Of a stretch of DNA of 64,000 nucleotides, positions 34,713-48,400 are shown in pieces. The stretch comes from Utricularia gibba. Its lineage: Eukaryota; Plantae; Magnoliophyta. A program made the position numbers and the translations under genes. The stretch lies in the NCBI GenBank assembly GCA_002189035.1, contig CM007992.1, positions 1,426,001-1,490,000 of the forward strand, given 5' to 3'. The notes beneath the pieces were generated by a model. The model was not told the origin of the DNA. It made no database searches and saw nothing but the letters and a program-made list of their open reading frames with translations. Numbering within the stretch: the first letter of the stretch is position 1; each line of letters starts with the position of its first letter.

Positions 34713-37700
34713 GGGTTAATTGGGGTTATAGTTCTCTCCAAAACATTAATTTGCTGAATATCTCTATTTCAGATTTATTAGACAAATAGCCCTATTTTAT
34801 GTAGTTATGAGCTAAATGTCTTGTTTTTTACATTAAATAAAAAATTAACAAATTTTTATTTACAAAAAATAATGAAATATGAATAAATATATAATATATA
34901 TTTATATATGAATTTATTAAAATTTTATATAACTAATATTTTCATTTTATAATTTTATTTTTACTAAAAATAAATATATTAATGATCTAATTTTAAAAAT
35001 ATAAAAATAATTAATTATATTCAAAAAAATGTAAATACAATTATGTATTATATAAAATAATTCATTATTTATAAAATATTCATTATACTTATATATTTAC
35101 TTAAATAATGTATTAGTTATAGATATATTTATTACATTACTATATTTTCTAAATAATGAATTTGTTATATATTATTCATTCTATTGATATATTTTCATAC
35201 TTAAATAATGAATTAGTTATATCTATATAATTATACATATATTTATTGCATTAATATATATATGTAAATAATGTATTAATTATATATATATATATATATT
35301 ATTTGTATATATTCATATTTTCTTAAATAATGAATTAGTTACACTTATATTATTTGCACATATTTATATTTTCTTAAATAATGAATTAGTTATACATATA
35401 TTAATTATACTTATTTTATATTATTAAACCCCCTTCAATTTATTTATAAATATACTTACATTTTCCTCAAATTCCTCACTCCTCAATTCATATTTTCTCT
35501 TTCTCTTTATAATGTCAAATTTTAGTTCGTTTGTCGAGGTACATGTATTTTATAATGAGAACACAATACAATCAATTTATGCTCACATAGAATATTTTAA
35601 ACAATTAGCTTAATCGACACGACGCATGCATGCAATAACCGACACGAATCTAATATATTCTCGAATAGTGATGTTCACCCAATACTACGAAGGTCCTATA
35701 CAGAAGTCTAATTACATGACTCTCCTAGATGAACCAGCGTTACGATTTATATTTCATCCGAGTAATACGATTGCAAATTTTCAATATCTATATCTAATAA
35801 TATTGGACCACATTTCGACATTCAGATGTTCGGGTCTTTGAACTCCTAAGAATATGGCTTTCTCATTAATATCATTAACACTTACGATTTACATAGGTAT
35901 AACTTCTCATAAATGTGTGGTTATTTCGTTTTGTAGATCTACTTTTTGTACTAATTATACAAAATACAAGAATTTTTTATTAGACTGGGTACTCATATGA
36001 TGATAGTAATTATTGTGATACAATGCTATCAATTATAATATATAATATTATATTAAAATTATGTATTTTGATATAAAATATATTATGTTAATTAATATAT
36101 AAATATAATATAATTATTCTATGATATATATAATATTAGAAATTATTTTTTATATTAGTATTTAGGTTATTCATGATTTTAAATCATTTTTCTCAATTAA
36201 AATATATAAAATACTAATTTACATTAAAAATATTATGTTTATATTTATGTTAAAATAATAATCTTAAATAAACGAACACAAACAATTTTTTGTTCAATAA
36301 AATTAAACAAACGAACACAAAAATAGGTGTCTGTGTTCGTTCGTTCGATATAATATTTCTGCCAGAAACACTTTAGAGTGGTAATAATATCATACCCTTG
36401 ATTGATCATAGAGGCAAACAATACGAAGAATATGGTCCAAGTGAACATAACCCATCGATGTGGCAGGACTTTATGGATTGTCTTGAGTTTACTATGATAT
36501 ATAATACATGTAATTTAGAATTGCTTTATGGGTTCACATTACTAACGAAAGCTGAGGTTGTCGCTGCCATTACTAATTACTCGGTGTTCATTGCAAGACG
36601 AGAATTTGCTGTGCAACATAGTAGCAACTCTCGATATGAGCTAATTTGTCGTGAATCCTCTCAAGGTAGATCACACTATTCATGGAAGATGTATTGCATA
36701 TACAGTAGTATGAAGGGCATATGAAAGATCATGGAGCTAATATAGTCTCATACATATGATACACCTGATACTCTTGCAACAAAATATGTGAATTTGAGAA
36801 AGGAATTTATAGCCCATAGCTCGATTAAAATAATAAAGGATCGATTGCGAATTAAGGCATCTATGGTGCAAGGATTCATCGAAACGCAATTCAAATTCAA
36901 GATATCATACTGGAAAGTATGGTCTATTCTGATACGAGCATAAGAGCTAGTTTATGGTACGTGGAATCAATCTACGGCTGAGTTGTTTGGATATCTCCTT
37001 AAAGTGCAAAAAGAAAATCCAGAAAAAATTTTTATATTGAAAAAACGCTCGTGGAAGATAAGGCGAATATATATTGTATTATGCTTTTTGGGCATTTAGA
37101 TCGTGTATTGAAAGTTATAAGCATTGTCGTTTGATGATACATGTAGACATGACATACTTGTACGCCAAGTATGACTATAAGTTAGTTGTTGTTATGACCA
37201 TGAATGTTTGAGATCAATGTTTCTCTTTGTCATATGCTATTGTAGACAAAAAGATGAAATCTGCATGGACATGGTTCCATAAACTACTAGATATGTATGT
37301 TGTTCACGATCGTCATCTAACATGCATAATTAGTGATCGGGGAGCCGAATTACTAGCAGCCTTAAATACGGTACCTTCAATTTGACCATCTAATATGATT
37401 CATCGCTTCTATTTATGATATGTGTGATCGAATTATCTTACGCATAATTGGAGCAAAAATCTACATGCTCTAGTGTGGGTGGTTGTATCAACACCACGTG
37501 TCAAAGGAATTCAACCGTATGATGGAGATGATACATCACACATATTCGGAAGCATATCAATATCTAATGAACATACCAGTGGAAATGTGGACATTATCAG
37601 ATGATGGAGGTGCAAGATACAATTATTTTATTTTCCGCAAACAACATTGTCAATTAATTTTTAACTTTCCTTCTATATATTACTTCCACTTCTTGATTTC

Positions 37701-39633
37701 TAGATTTGGTATTATGACTACAAATGAAGCTGAAACGATGAATAGAGTTTTTTAAGGAGAGCGTCGACTGCCACTTACGTCTATTACCAAGGTATGACGT
37801 TCACACATTTCAATTGTCTTGAAATATCTTATTTTACTACTTTTTTGATAACTGCAGAGAGCATTCAACAAGGCAAAAGAATGCTTTACAGATAGGGTGG
37901 CCGCTACTCGTCGAATGGTTCGAAAACGAATTAAGTTTGCAGAAAAGTGTGAAAACTTTTTTCAGAAAGATTCTAATAATCTTTTTAGTTTATAAGTTTG
38001 AAGACTATAGTAGAGCCACGATGACATCTTTTGTATTCAAGATGAATCCTATTCGCAAGGTTATTTATATTGACAACATTTGTAATAGAACATTTAGCTG
38101 CGATTTTTGGTAAACTTATTGAGTTCCATGCAATCATGCATAATAGATACATCTCTATTTCAAATATGATGTTATAATAATATATCTCAACGTAAGATTA
38201 TTAATAGGTTGTACTTGGTGAAGACAGTTGTTGCTATATACTCAAATGACTTTAATTCCATACGAGATGAAGTTAAGTGGGATGATGCTCCCTTCTTGTT
38301 GGTACCAGATCCAACCAGACTAAGTAAATGTTGTCATTTTGAGCGAGTTACAATAACTTGAACACATGGACACATGGACGGGGAAGTTGGTTCATCACAC
38401 AATAGAACATCATCTCAATCTCGTAACTCAAAACAATCAGCATCGAACCAATGGGTGAGAGATAGTATAGTGTCTCAGAGAGCACGACATTCCTCATATG
38501 CATTGAGACCCCCTTCAATGCTGAATATGATGGATGCATTGAGTGCACACTCTAGGCATTCATTTGATAATACAACATTTATGGTGTGATTATCATCATA
38601 GGATATCTAAAGTATACTGAATCCACTTCATCCTCATAAATCAACATTCGGAATAAGAAGTATGTTCGGGAATATTTTCCAAAAATTGACATTAATATTT
38701 CAATTAAAGTGCATTATGTGTTTCTCAATTTATCTTTAAGATGTATGCATTTTACTTATTAGTATTGTTCAAGCATATGTACTATGTATATTTTTCATAT
38801 CTGTATTAAACAAAAACATATATAAATAAGTTTATTAGTTTAATTAGAAAATTTTTTGGAGATACATAATCAATAATTTATATACAATTTTTTACATCTA
38901 TTGTATAGATAAATATATTAATATAATAACTAATTCATTATTTTGGAAAATATAAATACATGCAAATAATAAGATGTAACCAATCCGTTATTTGGATAAA
39001 TATATTAATACAATGAATAAATGAGAAAATAATATAGGTGTAATTAATTCATTATTTTGGAAAATGTAAATATATATAATAGGTGTAACTAATATATTAT
39101 TTATGGAAATAGAAATATGTGCAAATGATATATGTGTAATTAATTTATTATTTAGTGAAATATACTAATAGAATGAATAATGTGTAACAAATTCGTTATT
39201 TAGAAAAGTATAATTGTGTAATGAATATACGTATAACTAATCCATTATTTAATGAAATATATAAATATAATGAATATTTTATAATAATCAATTATGTTAT
39301 ATAATACATAATTTTGTATTTATATTTTTTTGAATATAATTAATTATTTTTATATTTTAAAATTAGATAATTAAATATATTTATTTTTCGTAAAAATAAA
39401 AGCATAAAATCGAAATATTAATAATATAAGTTTTCAATAAATGCATATATAGATATATATTATATATTTATTCATATTTGGTTATTTTTTATAAATAACA
39501 ATTTGTTTATTTTTATTTAGTGTAAAAAACAGGCCATTTACTCTATACCTACATAAAGTATGATTATTTGACCAATAAAATTGAAAATTCAGCAAATTAG
39601 TATTTTACAGAGGTTTATAACCCCAATTAACCA
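34713..39633 (+). mobile_element. Mutator-like element (MULE), ~4.9 kb, with a degenerate transposase
   Basis: TIRs ggttaattggggttata... / ...tataaccccaattaacc, alignable for ~385 bp and followed by subterminal repeats; 10 bp TSD GCTGCTTTGG at 34703-34712 and 39634-39643; internal MuDRA-like remnants. Confidence 0.92.
36400..38350 (+). pseudogene. MuDRA-type transposase remnant
   Basis: Fragments TKAEVVAAITNYSV..REFAVQHSS..YELIC, SYWKVW, FWAFRSCIESYKHC, YAIVD...AWTWF, IISDRG..LLAAL and a SWIM-like CDFW..VPCNHA, broken by stops and frameshifts. Confidence 0.8.
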
Positions 39634-40244
39634 GCTGCTTTGGTTTTCTTTTCCATTTTAATTTTATTTTGATATTTGGGGAAGGTATATATATGGATTT
39701 CAAATTTCAAAATCAATTAAAAATTATGAATTTCAAATTAGGAGATGTCAGAAATTTTATAATATTTAACAAATTATGATGATCCTTACTAACCATGACA
39801 TAGTATGTCGTGGTGAAGCTCATTTCGAGCCAATTGTCATGAAAGTTTAGTGACAATGAAATTTGGTATTTGAAAGATGATTTTATGTTATACGACGTCG
39901 TCTGTGGTAAAGATGGTAAAGTTATTATGATATCTAATGTAATTTGTTTTGAAAGTAGGAATTCATAACTAATAAATATTGATAAAATAAATTTAAAACA
40001 CTCAAAATTTCGATTGAAATTATTTTATTTTGGATTAGGATAAATTATGCTGAAATTTTCAGTGAAATTTAAAACCTTGTTATAGTACTAAAGATTTTTT
40101 TTATCACAAAAATATTAAATTAGAATGTTTTTCTAAGGACAAGCTGCAAATTGCGTGTTAATGTTCTAGAGAGTTCTAGAAAGATGACAAACAAAATTTG
40201 AGGGGAAGCGCGCTGATTCATCCAGAGCTGCGCCGCGAGTAGCC

Positions 40245-40276
40245 GCCGCGTGCCAACATGCGAGACGCCACGTGTC
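40245..40276 (+). promoter_or_regulatory. ABRE plus coupling-element-like motif upstream of the LEA gene
   Basis: GCCACGTGTC (40267-40276) and GCCGCGTGCC (40245-40254), 120-150 bp upstream of the ATG of a seed/LEA-type gene. Confidence 0.55.
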
Positions 40277-40396
40277 CGGCGATGGCGAAGTCGTCGTGCC
40301 CAATGCCAAGATTAATGGCGGCTGCAGCAGCGGTTCGGCCGCCGTTGCTACCGATCGCTCCATCCCGTTTCCTTCCTTTCGCAAGACACAAAAACG

Positions 40397-41496
40397 ATGA
40401 ACATTGCAGCGCTCTTTGTTGTCCTGTCCTCTGTTCTAGCTGCAGGGATTCTCACGCCCGCAGACACAGATGCCGATGACGGCGTCGTCGTCAAGCACGG
40501 CCACAGAGTTGTCGTCATCGAGTATGAAAACGATGAGCCGGCAACCACAATATCCATCTCTCCGCACGAAACCCAGAAACAAGATCATCATTCTCGTCAC
40601 ACGTTGTCGTCGATTAATCCGAAAGAACTGGTGTGTGATGCGTACGGCAAATGCAGAGCTGCCTTCTCCTCCGTCGTGGAAAAGACCAAGTCGGGAGTCA
40701 AGGACAAGGTCTCCGACGCAGTTGACGGAGTCTCTGAAGCTGCAAACAATGCCAGAGAAATGAAGGATCAAGTCCAAGAAAAGGTAGAGGAAACAGCGAA
40801 AGCGGTGAAGAAACAGGGGAAAAAGGAACTGAAGCATCTTCTTCAACGATCTAAAGAGCTAGCAGTAGACGTTTACGAGTACACTGCGGAGAGGACAGAT
40901 TCCTTCGTTGCGGCCATGAATTTGATGGGGTTCTCAGCAGCATATGGAATGTGCATCTGGATCACATTTGCTTCAAGGTATGTGCTAGCGAAAGCACTAC
41001 CAAGACAGCAGTTTGCTCAAGTTCAGACAAAGATTTACCCTGTTTATTTCAAGGCCATGTGTTACACTGTGGCATTGACCTTGTTTAGTCACCTGATGAA
41101 CCAGAGAATCAGAAACAAGCTCCAGGCTTTCAACCTCTTGGCTTCATTTGCAATGATATTGACCAACTTGCTTCTCTTTGAGCCTCTTGCGGCAAAGGTT
41201 TGATCTTCGAATCCTGTTTCTTCTTCAGTAGGCCTCATTTGTGAGGATCCGAATCAGAATTTGACTTCCTTTTCCTGTACTTGAAGGCAATGGTGGAGAG
41301 ACTGAGGAAGGAGAAGGAAGAAAGCAATGGTGAAACTGCAGGTAGAGTTTCAAGAGGGCAGGTGATGAAACAGAGTGAAGATTTAAGGACACTGAATACT
41401 TACTCCGCAATCCTGAATCTCGTGACTCTTGTATCACTGTCTTGGTATCTCGTGTATCTGTCTCAGCAGCTCAACTCCACAGCTTCATCTTGCTGA
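40397..41496 (+). CDS. LEA-domain / DUF4149 (TMEM205-like) membrane protein
   Basis: Exons 40397-41197 and 41287-41496. Signal peptide, KHGHRVVVIEY, PKELVCDAYGKCR, charged LEA-like stretch, GFSAAYGMCIWITFASRYVLAKALPRQQFAQVQTKIYPVYF, LNTYSAILNLVTLVSLSWYLVYL. Confidence 0.85.
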
Positions 41497-41934
41497 AGAT
41501 GAGCAAAACATTCTCCCCTTTTCTTCTCTGTATGTAGTAGTCATATCAGTGAATCCAGTAAGCAGTCTAATCTAGTTAGGAATCAGTGTATGCTTCTGTT
41601 GAGTTTGGTCATTAGTATTTGCATATGTTTCTAGATCTGTAGACAACAAACTCTAGAGGATATGAGCGCTATTTTGTCACCTGAAACTAAAACTGAAATT
41701 GAACCATGGCCATCATCCAAGAAACCAGAAGGAAGTGGTTTTACCAACAATAAGGTACAGGGATCAAGTGACCGGAACAAAATATTAATTGAGAATACAA
41801 CACCGTAAACCAACTCTCAGAAGTCTCCCAAGGTGGGGAGTAGCACAAAGCACAACTCCATGTAAACACATTACACTACAAAAAGGGAAGGTTCTGCCAG
41901 CGAGCAGGTGAGTAGGAGGATATTACCAAGAGGT

Positions 41935-43859
41935 TTATAGCGTGCGAAACACCTTTTCAGCTGCAGCAATTGTCTGTTTGATGTCTTCAGGCGTATGCGC
42001 CAAACTTGTAAAGCCAGCCTCAAACTGAGAAGGCGCCAAGTAAACTCCTTCCTCCAACATTCCTCTGTGAAACCTGCCAAATTTTGCAGTGTCGCTCTTC
42101 TTTGCATCTTCATAATTGTAAACAGGGCCTTCAGTGAAAAAGAAGCCAAACATCCCGTTTATATAGCCACCGCAGATCGAATGTCCAGCCTTCTTGCCGG
42201 CATTCAAAATACCCTCGACAAGTTGAGAGGTTATCTTGTCCAAGTATTCGTATGTGCCTGGTTGCTTGAGCCTCTTCAAGGTGTGGATACCGGCGGTCAT
42301 TGCTAGCGGATTTCCGCTAAGTGTACCAGCCTGATACATTGGTCCTGCTGGAGCTACCATCTGCATTATATCACGTCTACCTCCGTATGCGCCAACTGGA
42401 AGACCACCACCTATAATCTTCCCTAGTGTTGTTAAATCAGGCGTTAATCCGAAATACTCTTGAGCGCCACCATAAGATAGACGAAACCCAGTCATCACTT
42501 CGTCAAATATAAGTAGAGCACCATTATCCTTCGTGAGACGACGTATGGCAGCAAGGAATTCAGGTGTGGGTGGAATGAAGCCTGCATTTCCTACAACAGG
42601 TTCTAGAATCACCGCTGCAACTTCTCCTTTGTTAGTCTCAAAAAGATTCTCAACCGCGGATATATCGTTATATGGTGCAGTCAAAGTCCCAGTTGTGGCT
42701 GCTTTAGGAACACCAGGAGAGTCAGGAAGTCCGAGTGTGGCAACCCCGCTCCCAGCCTTAACCAAGAAGGGATCAGCGTGACCATGGTAGCAACCTTCAA
42801 ACTTGATGATCTTTTCACGACCGGTAAATGCACGAGCCAATCTAAGTACACCCATACACGCTTCTGTCCCAGAGTTGACAAACCTAACCATCTCAATACT
42901 TGGTACAGCAGAGATTACCATCTCAGCAAGGACGTTTTCAAGGACACAAGGAGCACCGAAACTGGTTCCTTTCTTCATGGTTTCAGTCAATGCTGCAAGA
43001 ACCTGCAGATTTCAAGGACTCATGATCTCAAACTAAGGCAGTCTCTTCAACTATTCAAAATTACCAAAAATTCCAAAAGAATAAGCGTGTAAAACATGCA
43101 AACCACATCATTTAATGACAAGCATCACCTGAACTCAAGGCAAGCTCACTAAACACACACTATGCGCTTGCTAAACAACCCCTAGTAGCAAGCAGTAGCC
43201 TACCTCATCATCTGCATGGCCAATAATGGCTGGTCCCCATGAACCGACATAATCGATGTACTCATTACCATCAATATCCCACATTCGGGAGCCCTTGACT
43301 GAATCAATCACCACAGGTTGACCGCCAACAGATTTGAAGGCTCGCACTGGAGAATTCACACCTCCGGGCATTAACTCCTGTCAAAATTACATGAAAAAAA
43401 GTCATAAATTGCACCAAATATGAAGGAGAAACAAGGATCAAGTCAACCACAGCAACTCGCCGCATCACTATCAGGCTGCATTACAATCACTCAACAACCA
43501 TTTCGAACGCGCACAAACCTCAAACCTCAAATCAAAGAGATAGGTAAATACATCAAGCGAATTAATTGAACAGCCTTGGTACAGAATGCCACCCAAGTGG
43601 AGCTCAAAATCCAGAAAGGCATAAGCAAGGAAAAATAAAATTAGAACTACAGAATTCAAAAATATTCCACTTTGAGAACCCATCACGGTACCTTAGCGGC
43701 GTTAAAAGCCTCTTCAGACTTCTTTAGAGTGTAATTCTTCTTCTTCTCCTCGAGCAACGTCATTTGGACGACCGAAGCACTCGAACTCCGGAGAGAGGTC
43801 CGGCTGAATTTCGACACCCGAGGAACACCAAAAGCTGTGCCTGTTACAGTAGACGCCAT
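41935..43859 (-). CDS. GSA: Glutamate-1-semialdehyde 2,1-aminomutase, chloroplastic
   Basis: Three exons (43859-43692, ~43378-43203, ~43005-41935). Transit peptide, [54 protein letters not shown]-lysine motif [12 protein letters not shown]. Confidence 0.97.
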
Positions 43860-44947
43860 CTCGGAGTCACGACGAGGGAGATGATGACGCTGTTTGGTCG
43901 AAGATTCAATCCCCCGTTGAAAAGGGATAAGATATCAGGATAGGAAGATGAATCTTGTGAATTGCCTGTTTTATCCCGAAAGTCCTAACCTCGGGTCGGG
44001 TTGATCCATGAGTGCAATGGGTACCTGTCTAACCCGGCTAAACTTATTTGGGCCTACGGCCCATCTTTCCAATTAGAAGGTTACAGTGAAGGCTGATCCA
44101 AACCAAGAGCAATTCAAAATTCCGAGGCCTGCTCTGCTACGAGAATATCAATCATCGTATGGCGCCAGATCGTCCGTCCCTTCTTTCCTTTTGCTTGAAC
44201 TTGAACGAACTCAGTTAAAACCTCCTACACCGAATTCTTTTTTTCCGTTCATCACTTGATTCGTATTTGAGTAGTTGGATTTTGGGTCTTCTTTCTTTCG
44301 GTTTAGCAGGTAAAGTTTTGCACTTTGAATTGAATTCTGTTTTACAGTATTGGAATCTTGATGTAATAGGTTTTGTTTTTGTAGGATATAGAACTGGAGG
44401 TTCACAATTTTGACCCAGGAAGTGATTTTCAGGTTTGTAACTGGAGTAATTTTCGGTGTTCTGCTGCTAATTGGTTTAGGGTTTTGGGGTGATAGTTGCG
44501 TAGTGTATGATCCGTATGTGTGTGCTAATTTTATCTTTCTGTGATTTTATGGCTATTGAACCTGGAGCGTTCTTCGCTTGCTTTCCTAGAGAGATTGCCT
44601 TTCCAAAATGTTTCATTGTCGATTTGTGCACTTATCAAATGACATGTTTTTTAACTGAAACGCGTGCAATTATAAAGCTTTTCTGCGGAATACTGATCTT
44701 GTATTGGTTTTGCCTTGATCTTTGATTGAATCCGTTATTTTCATTTTGTCATCTATTCACTGTCTATATACATATTCATCTGGATTATGTTTCGCTTCTT
44801 TAAGGACAGTAGAAAAGTTGTCTACCTACTTATTCGTTTTCACTTGATCTTTTGTTGAAAATTGATCATTTGTCCCTTATTAAGGGCAATTGAAGTTTCT
44901 TGATTTTTTTTTTTTAACTTTTGAAGTAGGAGAATCAGCTACATCAC

Positions 44948-45490
44948 ATGTCTCAGCAGAATCATCCGCAACAGCAATTGGGACAGCAGAATCATCCGCA
45001 ACAGCAAATAGGCATGCAGAATCAGCAACACCAGCAAATGGGACAGCAGAATAATCTGCAACAGCAAATGGGACAGCAGAACAATCTGCAACAGCAAATA
45101 GGACAGCAGAATCAGATGCAGCAACAAATGAGCCAGCAGAATCAATTGCATCATCAAATAGAGCAGCAAGGTCAATTGAATCAGCAGCAACAGAGTCAGA
45201 TGCAGCAGCAAATAGCGCAGCAGAATCAATTACAACAACACTCTGGCCAACCAGGGCAGTTGCAGCAGCCAACGGTGCAGCAGAATCAGCTTCAACAGCA
45301 AATGGGTCAGCCGAATCAACTGCAACAACAATTGGGGCAGCAGAATCAATTGCAGCAACAAATGGCGCAGCAGAATCAGTTGCAACAACAACAAATTTCT
45401 CAGCCAAATCAATTGCAACAACAGCAAATAGTCCATACGAATCAATTGCAACAGCAACATATGGGCCAGCAGAATCAGTTGCAGCAGCCA
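44948..45490 (+). repeat. Coding 30-bp tandem repeat, ~18 units of (M/I/L)GQQNQLQQQ
   Basis: Visible 30-nt periodicity (e.g. cagcaaatgggacagcagaataatctgcaa twice) that translates to decapeptide units. Confidence 0.9.
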
Positions 45491-48400
45491 CAAATTGGGC
45501 AAATTCCAGGTGGGAACATGTCACGATCTGTGCTGATGGGGCAAACTGGTCACTTGCCTATGTTGTCTGGTCAAGTAGCTGCGGCAGCTGCAGCTGCCCA
45601 GATGAACTTGCCAAATCAGTTTCTGTCATCGGTATGCAATCTTCTTATTTTTTCATCGTTTTATTGCCAAAATAAAGCAGTGAAACCATTCCAACCTGTA
45701 TTTTTACAGTTTTTTAATATCTGGCTTTGTATAATGTTGTAAGCCTTAGAGGAAGGCTACTGAATCAGTATTATCACTGTATGAATTTCTTTCTAGTTTG
45801 ATTCTGATTAACTCAGTGTGCCAACTTAATCTTGACTTTTTTGCAAGTGACTTTTTTTACAATGCAGAAGATTTACTTAGGAAAAATTTACATTGGACGC
45901 TCTAAAAGTAGCTTTGGGTTTGATATTTGGATAATTTGGATGCTAGGAAAATGGGTTTTTTGTGCGAGTTCGTATTTATTGTGATAGCTTTATGTTTGCA
46001 CAACACCTTTTGGCTTATTGAGTAATAAATCATCGACATTGCAGCCTCGACAGAAGGCAGGATTTATGCAAGGGACTCAGTTCCACCCTGGAAACTCTCC
46101 TGGACAGTCATTGCCTGGAATGCCTACAGTAGGAATGATGGGGTCTGTGAATCTGAATTCTCAACTCAGAACAAGTGGTGCTCTTGCCTACGCCCAGCAG
46201 AGGATGACCCCTGGCCAGATCAGGCAAAATGCATTAACTGCTAATCAGGTGTGTGTTTATTTGTTCGTATTTCTCCATTATGTGTAGAGCTTATCTGTTT
46301 GCAGCTTCTTATTAAATATAGGATCGATGCAATAATGTCCCAAATTTGTGTTAAATTTTCCTTTCATGTTATGCAGTAGTTTAAGATCTCCCTTCCTTGA
46401 GTTATTCACCCTTTTTCATGATGATCATCTTCTCTTGTGGGACTATGCCATTTCCAAGTTGCATCATGAGGTCATAAAGTCTTCACTTGATCGTAGTCAA
46501 GATTGCATAATTCATTGTATTATGCTTTCAGATGGCGTGATGTTATCTGAATGATTTTTTTAAGACTCCGAGATACCTAGGGTCACCAATCCGTGTTTGT
46601 ATTTCTGATCAACAGTTATTGGTGCTCAACTGTGCTTCTTGTGAAACATGCTTTCAGTTGTCTTTCTTCAAGTGACGATTCTGTGGATTTAACAGATCCT
46701 CTTGAATCTTTTTTCTTTTTTATCTAAAACGGCGCTGCTTCTCTTATGGAAGCATATTAAACCTTAAAACCTAATGGAGAACGTCTTACCTCTGTATAGT
46801 GTTGTTCAATATACGGTTAATTTCACTAGGAAATAGATTAAGTCCCAGTTGCAGCGTCTATTGTTATTTTGCTCTTCATGTATTCCCCAGTAAATAATTT
46901 TGAGATGATAATTTTGCTTTAGACTAAAATGGATATATTTTATTTTGCTCTCGTTGGCTTCATTGCATGTGAACTAAAACTAAATTTGCAGGCACAAAAT
47001 ATGACAGATTTTTCTTATGAATGCTCAGCTTTCAGGGCTTGCTCAGAACGGGAAATCTGGTGTCATGCATAATGCTTTAGCTCAGCAGCAATGGCTTAAA
47101 CAAATGGCATCCATGTCATCCCCCAATTCTTCATTTCGTATTCCAAATCGGCAACAGTTGCTTATGCAGCAGCAAATTGTATCTTCCCAGTTGCATCAGA
47201 ATTCGGTTGCTTTGAATCCACAACAACTGTCTCAGTTAGCACACATGGGCCAGTTAAATCAGCAAAAACAGCAACAACAGCAATCACCAACCCAGCAATT
47301 TTTCCATCAACAGCAGTCTCCTGGAAGTGTTGTAGGTCAGAAATCTGTAAGTTTGACTGGATCACTTCCTGATGCAGCTGCATCTGGAACTACAACGCCA
47401 GGTGGAAGTTCAAGCCAAGGCACAGAAGCCAGCAATCAACTACTTGGGAAGAGAAAGATACAAGATCTTGCATCAGAGGTTTTTCTTTCTTAGTTTGTTT
47501 TTACAGGTCTTTTATTTTGAAGTCATGTTAACAAGATTTTTCAAATTGATATCCATTAAACTCGAATAACAGTTTTTTTAAAAAAAAAAATCGATGTCAT
47601 CCTTTATTTTGTTGGTAGATTTTCATGATTTCTTGACTTATTTTGAATTGAATGCAGTTGGATATAAATGTAAAGGTGGATCCAGATGTTGAAGACATCC
47701 TTCTAGATTTTGCTGATAGCTTTATTGATTCCGTAAGGATTTGTATTTTTTTCTGCAGCAACTAATCTGATTCGCTATGCTACTACAATTACTAAACCTT
47801 CTTTTAGTTGGAAAATGTAGTATCTATATGCCGCTACTAGTTAACTTAAGTTGCTTTCAATTTTTTTCTCCTTTATCATGGTTTGTGTTAGTGAGTATGG
47901 TCTAATTCATGGGTAGTTCATTGCAGCCACTCGCTATTTCCTTTTTTGGTAGTAAAAATACGCCTGGACCAAGTAGCACTATTTTGCTTTGGATCTTTCA
48001 AGTCATTCTCTAGTAGATCTGGGCCCATTTTTTGTCGGATCTAAAAGATTCACTCTTTTGACTCTTCATAAAACGTAGGATGTAGAACCAATAAAGAGGC
48101 TTCTTTTCACCTGATTTGCATCCATCTTGTAGTCATTTAAGACAGTTCACCTGAAATCTTACTAATGGATATTGCGTATATTTCCTGGCCATGGAAGTGC
48201 TAGTTAGTGATTTACTTTTGAGGAAGGGCATTTTCTACCATGATGTGGTTGCTGTAGTTATCATGGCCTCTGGATGCGCACGATCTTCCGTTTGTTCTCT
48301 TATCGGTACACTGTGTGTAGGTCACCACATTTGCCTGCTCACTGGCTAAGCATCGCAAATCAACAACCTTGGAAGCCAAAGACGTGTTGCTTCATTTAGG

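Noticed and set aside
44880-45524. Minus-strand ORFs with Ala/Asp-rich (AVADDSA) and Leu-rich repeats that resemble antifreeze or surface proteins
   Set aside because: Antisense shadows of the Gln-codon repeat in TAF12b; the plus frame runs into conserved TAF12b sequence.
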